This document shows positions 54,469 through 64,000 of a DNA stretch of 64,000 bases, piece after piece. The notes under the pieces were generated by a model. The model saw only the letters and a program-made list of their open reading frames with translations. It had not been told where the DNA came from and made no database searches. The stretch comes from Lama guanicoe (lineage: Eukaryota), in NCBI GenBank assembly GCA_013239625.1, contig MU053810.1, positions 1,747,518 through 1,811,517 on the forward strand, given 5' to 3'. Both the position numbers and the translations under genes were made by a program. The number at the start of each line of letters is the position of its first letter. Position 1 is the first letter of the stretch.

Positions 54469-54879
54469 GGAAGGCCCCTTTCCTCAAAACTTACAACATT
54501 ACCTTTCAAAACTTTCGGCAGATACTTGACTTAACGCTGAGTCATCAAATCTCTTGTCCGTGCGTTCAAGGTTTTGCACGCAAATACCTCATTTCCCCTA
54601 AATACTATGAACGCCTTGAGTTTAGTGTCGTGTTTTAGGTGCTTAAATAGCAGTTTTATTGGCTGACAGAATGTCCTTGTACCTACATGAACGCACTACT
54701 AGTCATTGTCATTTGGGGCAACCATGTGGCCAATAATGGGCTGAAGTCAAAAGAGGAATAAAGGAATCTGGATGCTGAATCTCTCTCATGGGGCATGAAC
54801 TAGAGAAGAAGATCAATGCAAGTCAGTACCGACACTCTGGGGGCCCCTTGTGCATCGAGGAACCAGGGGCGGAGCTTCC

Positions 54880-55420
54880 AGAGCACCCTGCCACAGGTAC
54901 AGGTCGTACGAAAAGGGGGTGCATTGTCTACAGAGAATAGTATGATCATAGTAAAACTGACTACAATACAGTGAGCTTTTTATTAGCACTGTGTGCCCGA
55001 AATTCTAAATTATGTTCAAAACTTTTGCTGATCTGATGTCTAAAAAGTTGGCTCAGTTAACTGTCGAGTTTTACTAACATCGTATATATGCAAACTTCAC
55101 CTCAGCACAGTTTTCTTATTTTTCCTGTAGTAAATACTGTCTTCTACATGGAAGTTAATGCAGAGAACTCCCAGTTACACACTCGGCCCCGACAGCAGAC
55201 TCAGCTGAACACATTCATGTAAAGAATAAATGAATTCTTATGAGCTGTGGCTCTAAGAATTTGGAGTCCTTTGTAAGTGTTCAGGGTCAACGGGTCTCCA
55301 ACCCACATCGTACTGCACGTATCTGTGTTAAAACAGTAGATTCCAAATAAACAATGGTAGCATGCAATATGGTTGTAAAGACAAAGAAAAAAGAACTTGA
55401 GTTACTTCAGTTCCATTATT
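54880..55420 (+). mobile_element. Arthur1-type hAT-Tip100 DNA transposon fragment
   Basis: 'gggggtgcattgtctacagagaat', 'ttctacatggaagttaatgcagagaactcccagtta', 'aaacagtagattccaaataaacaatg...agaacttgagttacttca'. Confidence 0.8.
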
Positions 55421-56074
55421 GCAAAGTGCAAGTCATTCTCTGAACCTGGTGTTCGTTCATTTGGCAATATTCCCTCCTGTGTCTTCCCCCCTCTCCCTTC
55501 TTTTTTTTTTTTTCAAAAATGCACTGTCATTCTATTTTCCCTTTTTGTACAGTAATATTTATTTTGTTTTCTATTTGTAATATTTTTTGCTGGCTCAATT
55601 CTATCTACGATGTTCAAAACAGGAAGGTTTTCACCATAGGCTTCCTTTCTGGCCATTATTATTTTTCATTTCCTTTGGTGATTATTACTGAAAATAATGT
55701 TGTCTTGCAAAGGAAGCGGATGTTACAAAAAGAATCTACTCCAGATGTCAAATATCTTCAGTGCACCACCACTGTGCCTGTTTCAGAGTTGAACAGATAT
55801 GACTTTGACCCCAAGGGGTATGCACAACCACAGTGTGTGCTAACGAGTGGTAAGAGATGTAGAGAAAATATCTGGAAATGTCTGGGACAACACAGGAGAA
55901 AGAGAAGTGACCTCTAATCTAGAGGTAATCTGGAGTAGGGGATACTTCAGAAAGCTTTCTTAGAAATAATGTGGAATGGATAGTGTTATGTAAGTCAAGG
56001 TGATGAAATAAGTCGTGTTCCAGGTTAGGGGAGACCACAGGCAAAGACTCAGAATAGCAAAGTATGGGAAAGAA

Positions 56075-56260
56075 AGTGGTTCTCAACCCTCACACTGTGT
56101 CTGATTGACCTGAAGAACTTCTCAAAAAAAAATTACACCTGCTTGAACCCCGTTGAGAGATTTTAAATCAATTGACCAACATGGGCCTTGACTGCAGTAC
56201 CATTTTATTTTTTAATCTCCCCAGATGATGTTATTTTTAGTCACGTCTGAAATTCAATGG
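56075..56260. mobile_element. MER5-type hAT-Charlie MITE
   Basis: 'agtggttctcaaccct...gagagattttaaatcaattg...ttttaatctccccagatgat'. Confidence 0.7.
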
Positions 56261-56868
56261 ACTATGAAGAAATACACAAAGGACATTAAGCCTTTGAAAT
56301 GTATGACTGAAAGATGTTTCTTCTTATGTTGACGCATTTGTACTTAGCAGCCAATGGAGAATCACTTTTTGTTGTTGTTTTAAGAATACTTTAGCTTTCA
56401 GAAAATCGTGTGAATAATATGATAGCTGTCCTTCACATGCTTGGGACAATTTTCATTTTGGACATGTACCAACTGTGATTATATTAACTAATTCTCAATT
56501 ATATAGCTCAGCTCTAGAATGAAGGCAGCAGACCAATGGCAAGTAATAATTCTAGACTGCAAAAGAGGCAACTGTAGGACAGTAAGACAACTTCCACATG
56601 GGCAAAAGCAACCAAAATAGAGTGAGTACAGAATGTGTTAGGAAAAAAAAAAAACACCCAGGATTTGCTTCAGACAAGAGTTACTGCATGGAATTCTTGG
56701 CCACACCGGAAGATAGACCAATCCATTAGAGTTCCTCTTTTCAAGGAAAAAGTGACTTACAATTCATGAAGCAAAGAGACCCAGCCACAGACAGGAGTCA
56801 TTTATTTGAATTGGATTGCAAGTCTGACTGTCCAGGGCACAGAGCCATGGTTGTATTTCCCTATGGAT

Positions 56869-56992
56869 GGGGTTGCCAAATAAAATACAGGATGCTTAGA
56901 TAGATTTGAATTTCAAATAAACAATGAATAATTTTTTTTAGTATAAGTATGTCCCAGGAAGTATAGTTTAAAAAAAATTCCTCATTGTTTGT
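56869..56992. mobile_element. MER53 palindromic hAT MITE (one arm intact, second arm partial)
   Basis: 'gggttgccaaataaaatacaggatgc...atttgaatttcaaataaacaatgaataattttttttagtataagtatgtccca' followed by a partial return arm 'aaaaaattcctcattgttt'. Confidence 0.85.
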
Positions 56993-57049
56993 AAAGAATG
57001 CTCCTGTTTGAAGAGAATGTAGAGAGCCACTCCCCCTGCTCTGCAGGGT

Positions 57050-57150
57050 GTGTCCTTGTTAGAAATGCAGAGTCCCAGGCCTCCCCCCAGACCTGATGAA
57101 TCAGAATTCGCAGTTGAACAAGATCCCTTGTGATTTGTAGGCAAGTGTAG
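57050..57150. mobile_element. MER5A-type fragment
   Basis: 'cttgttagaaatgcagagtcccaggcctcccccagacctgatgaatcagaat...aacaagatccc...tgatttgta'. Confidence 0.85.
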
Positions 57151-57900
57151 GAAATGCAGATTTACTTCTATAGTTTCTAAAAACACGTGCTCGGGGAGGG
57201 ACAGGATCCGTGGGCCCCTCAGGGCTCAGGGAGTGTGTTAAGCGTTGGGTGGGTTCTTTCATCACGATGAAGAGAGACCCACTCTGAGTGATCCTGTCTG
57301 GGCTTCCAGGTGAATTGTCATTGGAATAAAGGGTTGTGGCTTAAATTTTTTAATTAAAAAAAGAAAAGAAAAGTTTGAAGAAACAGTCATGTGGTTCGTT
57401 TCATTTTCCAAATGGGGAAATTTAAACAACAAAACATGTGACTGTGTCTGACTAAGCCCTGTCCTGGGAAGTGATGCTCTCCCAGCCTCAGGATCCCAGC
57501 CTCTTTCCTCTGCCCTCTGTTTTCTGAAGAAAGCAGCACAACATCCTAGAAATTTCAGAACAGCTGCTTGCCAAGTGCCATCAAGCACCACGCGGGTCTT
57601 CTAGCTGGGCCTTGAATTTCAAAGTGGGCCCCTTGTCTTTCACACTCATGTCTAGCGAGTTCCTTTCAAGGGGTCATCTAACCCCAAAAAAGCACGGTCT
57701 GCTCCGCTCTCCCAGCTGGGAGACAGGTCTCCAGACGCAGCTTTGTTTACGCGGCTGACGGAGGGTACCCTGCAGGTTTGTTTGTGGATCTTTCAGCTAA
57801 TTATCTTGCCACAGACCATTGAGACAGCTCTGGATAACTGTTCACTTAATAGTTCCAAAGGAGTAATTAGGGACAATACATGCATGCAGCCGCCCCCACC

Positions 57901-58138
57901 NNNNNNNNNNNNNNNNNNNNNNNNNNNNNNNNNNNNNNNNNNNNNNNNNNNNNNNNNNNNNNNNNNNNNNNNNNNNNNNNNNNNNNNNNNNNNNNNNNNN
58001 NNNNNNNNNNNNNNNNNNNNNNNNNNNNNNNNNNNNNNNNNNNNNNNNNNNNNNNNNNNNNNNNNNNNNNNNNNNNNNNNNNNNNNNNNNNNNNNNNNNN
58101 NNNNNNNNNNNNNNNNNNNNNNNNNNNNNNNNNNNNNN
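57901..58138. other. Assembly gap (238 N)
   Basis: Run of N seen directly. Confidence 1.
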
Positions 58139-58869
58139 CCACCCACCCACCCACCGCTGGTGCTGATGCATTAGGATAAACACTTATTTCTGAATGTGAT
58201 TAATCGCATAAATAATACTCAGAAATGAAATTAGAGGACACCCACGCATCACACCCAGCCTGGTTGTGAGGCGTGACATCCTGCATCTCTGTACTGAATT
58301 AGCATTACGGTCTGGTTTGAATTTTTCAATTTTCAGCGTACATCCTGTTCTGTTAGCAGGTGACCCTGTGGCCCTTATCCATTTCTGTAACAATTTGAAT
58401 TGGCCATTCTAAAAAGAACACAGATTTGGGCATGTCTACACCTGGACAAAGAAGTATTAGATGCTAGACTGTGGCCTGTCACACTTCATGGCAAAGCCAG
58501 ACACGATGCCCAGGTTTCTAGACCCCTGTGTCCCCTGCATGGATGCCTTATGTTATAGCACCAATTAAAACTAAACGCTCAGTCATTCCACGGAAGCACG
58601 GAAGTCACAGAACTGCCCCCTTGTTTTCATTTATAAGGAAATCTCTGAACAACTGCAGCTTGACCTAGAAAAACAACTTCAGTTAGGACTAACTTATACA
58701 GATTTCCTTTACATTTAGGGATCCTAAATGTTAGTGAAGGGGAAGGCAGGAGGGACCATGATCAGAAGAACCACAACTCACAAGTAGTTTTTAAGTCATT
58801 TTTTCTCTCTCCGATGTTCAAGTCAGTTATCTCAGGCAAGATCCTGCAGTTTTAGAGGACGAATCCTCA

Positions 58870-58950
58870 GACATCATTTTACAGATAAGGAGACAAGGGC
58901 CCAGAGAAGTGAAGTGATTTATTTAAGATCATAGAATTGATTTGTGCTAG
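58870..58950 (-). mobile_element. MIR core fragment
   Basis: 'cattttacagataaggagacaagggcccagagaagtgaagtgattt...aagatcatag'. Confidence 0.75.
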
Positions 58951-59419
58951 GTGAAAGCATTCTAGAAAGGAAACAGAATTCTGGTGAAGTTCTTATTCTG
59001 TTTGGCATTTTTAAGTCTAAAATTGAGATTCAAGGAATTGTAAAAAAAAATGTAAAATCAAATATTTAAAACCCCAGTTGTATGGCATTTGTTAGATTTC
59101 ATTGTAAATTTTAAGATATTATTATGAGAAATGTCCTCTGTGTTCATCTAGTCAAAAACTATAGGAGTAAGGATAAATTTTTCAGTTTTGCACCAATAAA
59201 ATAGGAAATTTTACCTATTCTACTTTTATACCTATTCTATTTTGTTCATCTTTAGAATGTTTACTTGAAACCTATACTAAAGCTTACCTCAGTGTATCTC
59301 TTTCCCCTGAAATTATTTTCATCTCCCAAATGGAAACCATGTTCCTTCTATACCTTTCTTTGGTCATACGTTCTTCAACACCGCACCAGGCTAGACATTT
59401 CAGATGTTTTTAGTAAACA

Positions 59420-59800
59420 ATCTGTGCATTCCCTTTGGCCCAGGAATTCCACTTCTGAGAGTTCACAAAAGGAACAGGTTAGAGATATTCCCATCAGGTT
59501 CGCAGCAAAGCTATTCATTGGAGCATTATTTATATTATCCAAAATTTGGGGGAAAAAATATCAAAATCGAATTGTATAAATCATGATTGATTTATAGATA
59601 GTAAAAATTAAAATAAAATTTTAAAATAATTCAAAATAATTCTGTAGAGGAATAGATCATAAGTTTTTTTCAGTGTGTACTTAATTGGAAATAAAAGTTT
59701 ATGAAACAGCATTTGCAATGATTTAATGTTTCTAGAAATGCACGGAAGTGCTGTGTGCTGATAGTTGAACCCAGTTATGTGTGGGTAGTGTGATCTCTAG
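59420..59800 (+). mobile_element. Old L1 (L1ME-type) 3' region
   Basis: 'ccctttggcccaggaattccacttctgaga...ttcattggagcattatttata'. Confidence 0.6.
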
Positions 59801-60224
59801 TGACTTTAAGTCTTGTTGGAGTATTTTTTTTCTATGATATGTAGTGGTAAATCAAGGAAATATTTTTAGGGATATGTAATTCAGAAAATAAGTTTGTACT
59901 GTGTCAACAGAGGAAGCTTCACTGTCCAACATTTTTGTACTATTTTGACGACCTCTGTGATGAGTTCACAAAGGACAGGATAAACACTTATCAATAACCA
60001 TGCAACCTTTTCACCTAAGACAGAATTACTAACTTGGTAACTTTGACTTATTAGCAGAATACTGAAGTTGTTGGTAATGTTATAGTTTAAGATTAAAATA
60101 AAATTATAGTTTAAGATTAAAATAAAAACAGAATCACATTCACAAATTTCGAATGGGTTATACACATTTTAAGAACTAATTTCTATAGTGAGGAGAACTA
60201 ACTTTGGAGGGAGATGGATCTCAT

Positions 60225-60365
60225 TTTAAATCTCGAATCTGCCATTTTTTAGCTTCAGAGGTTTGTGCAAGAGGTAAGGAAATGATTAAGTTGCACATTA
60301 AATGAGATCATGTATGTAAATCACCTATTAACAGCGGGATATACAGTTAAGAGCCTAATAAAATA
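60225..60365 (+). mobile_element. MIR SINE
   Basis: 'tctgccattttttagct...attaaatgagatcatgtatgtaaa...taagagcctaataaa'. Confidence 0.65.
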
Positions 60366-60411
60366 CAACTTTCTCAAGCATCGTCATCAACATTCTCATC
60401 AATGATGCTCC

Positions 60412-61098
60412 TTTTTATCTTTTTATTGGGTAAATTTGACATTTATGTAAATTTAAGGCATAGAGCATGTTACTTTAATACATTTATATATTGTAATATA
60501 GTTGCTGTTATAATGACATTATATTATATTACATACTTATTTAAGTACCATCAATCTTATGTCCCCACCCCCCCATTCCCTGATAACCACCGTTTTATTG
60601 TTTATTTTTTTAGCTGACTTTTTAAGATTCCACACATAAGTGATGTTATACAGTACCTACTATCTTTCTCTGACTTATCTCAGCGTAATGTGCTCAAGGT
60701 TCATCCATGCTGTCACAAGTGGCAGGATGTCCTCCTGTCCCATGGCAGAATAGTATTCCATCATGTACATATATCCACATCTTTTTTATCCATTCATCCA
60801 CTGACAGACATTTGGGTTGTTTCCGTAGCGTGGCTTTTGCGAATAATGCAGCAATATACATAGAAGTCACATTCATCTCATTAAACTCCTGTTTTCACTC
60901 CCTTTGGGTGTGTTCCCGGAAGTGGAATTGCTGTGTCATGTGGTCGATCCATGTTTCATTTTGTGAGGGATTTCCATGGTGTTTTCCATAGTGGTTGGGC
61001 TAATCTGCATTCCTACCCACAGTGTATGAGCATTCCCTTTTTACCACATCCTCACCAGCACTGGCTGTCTCTCGTCTTCTTGATGACAATCAGCATTC
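60412..61098 (-). mobile_element. L1MA-type 3' end with ORF2 C-terminus, antisense
   Basis: ORF 60694..60876 (-) 'MYIAALFAKA..RKQPKCLSVDEWIKKMW' is the L1 ORF2p terminus; 3' UTR 'agattccacacataagtga...ggttcatccatgctgtcaca'. Confidence 0.88.
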
Positions 61099-62686
61099 CT
61101 CTTTAATGGTCACCTATAGCACAATGTCTTTGTGTGTCGGGTTGTAAATTAGTGCTGGTTCCCAGGGCTGTACTTGCCAGCTGGACCCACGGCCCAGGTG
61201 GGCCTTGGAAGGTGGAGCCTTGGAAAAACTCGGTGGTGCTGCTTGACTCCGAGAAAGGCGAGGGCGGCTGTGCCCTAAGGAGCCCAGATGTGAAGTAACT
61301 GAAACCAGAGTGGGGGTTATAAACAGTGCGCATGTTGGCATTTTCCCACAAACAGGCGTGACCATAAATTACAGTGTCCTTCTCCCTAGAAACACTTAGT
61401 ATATTTCCATTGACGATGATAATTTTTAGTTCCAGCAAAGACATATTATTTTGCCCTTTAGCTGTTTCAGTTTTAACATCTTTTGGACAGTAAAGATAAT
61501 TCAGTTCCACTCACATCATGGGAATTAATCAGCTAATAAATATAAAGCATTCTGACCACACAATGTTATAGAGACAGTACATAATATTATTAGTAGACAG
61601 AATGCAATGACCATAATTGGTATTTTTCCAGAAGGTAGAGCTAATACTCGTTCCTACCTGATGTGAGAGCCCTTTTAAAGCCATTAATCATTGACAGTGG
61701 AATGTAATTCGCAAATCTAGAAAGGTGCCAAATGCCACTATATCTACACTGATATGTAACATTTTGCACATTAAAATTCGTTAGACAGAAGTAAATTTTC
61801 TTTAATATTTATTGTTTGATTTACTCCAAAATAGCAGGCACTCTGATAAATGGAGTAAATGGGTAGTTTCTAGTGTCACCATGGCTGTGAAATGCATTTT
61901 AGTGCTTTCTGCTGCTGTAACTTAATAATTCATTTCAGCACTTCTGTTTGTAAATCACAGAAGGTTTGTTTGATGGACATAGTGCTGGGGAGAAATGCAT
62001 GCCTTTTGTCAATGCAAATAACCTGTGTTTTAGGACCCGTGTCTAGGTGTGCAGTTACTTATATAGGCTTGAGATTGTCCACACCCTCTGAGGATAGATT
62101 CAGTTTTCAGAGCATGACTTCTGTTAATTCTCAAACACAAAAAGTCATCTATGGGAAGTCTCCACTTAATAAATTCTTAGCATATTAAAGTGATGGATCT
62201 TTTAGGTTTTTATTTATTTTTTTTAAGGGCTTGGAAGTCTAGCACCAAATTTGAAGTGTACTTCTAAGAACTGTGTAGAATTTTATAGCCATATGTTTTT
62301 GAGCAAATTAATAAGTAAAATGAAGTGATATCATTATTAACTTCTAGAGAACAGAACATGTCAGCGGCTATATATTAAGAAGGCTTGTTTTTTATGACTG
62401 TTCCTTTTGGCCTAGTTGTATTTGGACCCGTATGGAATCTTTTAGACATAACTGTGCATAAGGCATAAACCGTGCCTTTGAGAAGCCCTCAATCCTATGG
62501 GGACAGGCATGGCCAAGGGACTGCCACCTGGGAGGTACTGATAGTGCCGAAATGGAGATATAAGCAGAGTGCTTTGAGCGTGTATATTTCCAGCTGTGGC
62601 GGTAATGACATAATTCAGTGTGTTACTAAATTTAATTCAGAAGTTAATCTAAAATATTCGGCGAATATATTTTTCTTATTCTCTGA

Positions 62687-62845
<159 letters not shown>

Positions 62846-64000
62846 AATTCCCGGGGCACAACAGCGCCAGTGCTGGCTTACAGGTGTTCAGACTAAAATT
62901 TGCCTATACCTTTAAGAAACACACACACACACACAGACACACACACACACACACACACACAGGAGCCCTGAGCTGCTGTAGCCGGAAGGAGATGAGATTT
63001 CTGGACAAGCCCAGCCCAGGAAGGGTAAAAGAAAAACTAAAACTCATACAGGATATGATACCATTCCCTACTGAACATAGAATTCCCTCGTGGAATGAGC
63101 TCTGTAGTTCACTCGGCAAATCTCCTGTGGACTGGTCAGCAATCCGACAAGATTTCAGTGCTGTTGGCTTAAGGTGCAGGGTTGCAAAGGGATCGAGAAA
63201 AATCATAATACTAACGCTTTCGTTCATGAGGGATCTACACCTTTGGTTCAGATATTCTTCTCCGGTAACTGTGTTCCAAAGCCTGAGCCCATCCACTCAA
63301 AAGAGCAACGATGAATATGCCAAGATTTCTGGGAGGAGTAGCTGACGCAGGAGCAAAAACAATCACAGAATCAGATTTTCTATCTTTTCACCAGGCACGT
63401 GGCTAAAGGATTTTGTTTTTCGGGTCTAGACCCACCTGTTCCAACAAGGTGGATGCACCTTCTGTCTGTCCCGGGGGTTCAGACTCCGCCTCCCTCTTCC
63501 TCGCTACTGAGCTTCCTCAAGCAGTGGGAGGGAGTGGCCAATGAGGCTTTAATTCTCCTGCCTCAGAACAAAAAGTCTGATGTGTTTTGAGAAGCATGGC
63601 CTCCACTTCCCAACTGTGAAGTCCTACGAAGCCACAGTTGCTCTTGGCTGAAGGAAACCAGAGTTCCTTAATTGTTTAGGAAGCAAAAATGTTAAGGGGT
63701 TCTAAACACATGGGTTGTTTTTGTTTTGTTTTTGTTTTTACTTTTCACCGTTTCAGTACAAAAGGCCCATCTCATTGTAGATTCCTGCCTAAGAAGCCAT
63801 TCAAGTCAGCATATCCCTGGCGATAAAAAGAACGAAAGAACCCTGCTGAATCATACAGTAATTTTCTTTAAAGCACATAGTAGTTACATAAATATATATA
63901 TAAATATATTTTTGTTTATAACTAACACAAGGCAGGCTCTTGTGACTCTCAGTGCATTTTGTCATCCAGACAGAACAAATGTGAGGTGCGTTACTGCATA
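62846..64000 (+). other. PLXDC2: PLXDC2 3' UTR (probably continues past the window end)
   Basis: Follows the stop codon; I found no AATAAA/ATTAAA by eye and no interspersed repeat. Confidence 0.8.
62919..62961. repeat. Interrupted (CA)n microsatellite in the 3' UTR
   Basis: About 21 AC units with one AG interruption, seen directly. Confidence 0.95.

Noticed and set aside
54430..54500. Functional tRNA gene
   Set aside because: Only the 5' half is present; no T arm/B box or 3' acceptor strand.
57743..58183. Several ORFs of 95-143 aa
   Set aside because: Artefacts of translating through the N gap.

Overview
Mammalian, AT-rich, repeat-dense genomic DNA containing the 3' part of PLXDC2 (plexin domain-containing 2 / TEM7R) on the + strand. 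Five coding exons (15971-16031, 20311-20461, 21903-21941, 37731-37891, 62729-62845) splice in frame at GT-AG sites. They encode the end of the PSI domain, a Thr/Ser-rich stalk, the transmembrane helix and the cytoplasmic tail ending ...SEQC*, followed by the start of the 3' UTR. The introns hold old interspersed repeats (L1, L2, L3/CR1, MIR, hAT and mariner MITEs, ERVL/MaLR LTRs) and a few younger insertions with target-site duplications (TSDs). A Vic-1-like tRNA SINE points to a camelid genome; this is an inference. There is one 238-nt assembly gap. Most ORF-track entries are spurious. I see no convincing undescribed biological system. The most unusual items are a tailless tRNA-Thr 5'-half retrocopy with a perfect TSD, a weak donor with intronic poly(A) signals that could yield a soluble isoform, and an antisense L1 just downstream of a 39-nt microexon. 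Repeat family names and exon numbers come from recalled consensus sequences, not from a search, and repeat boundaries are approximate.
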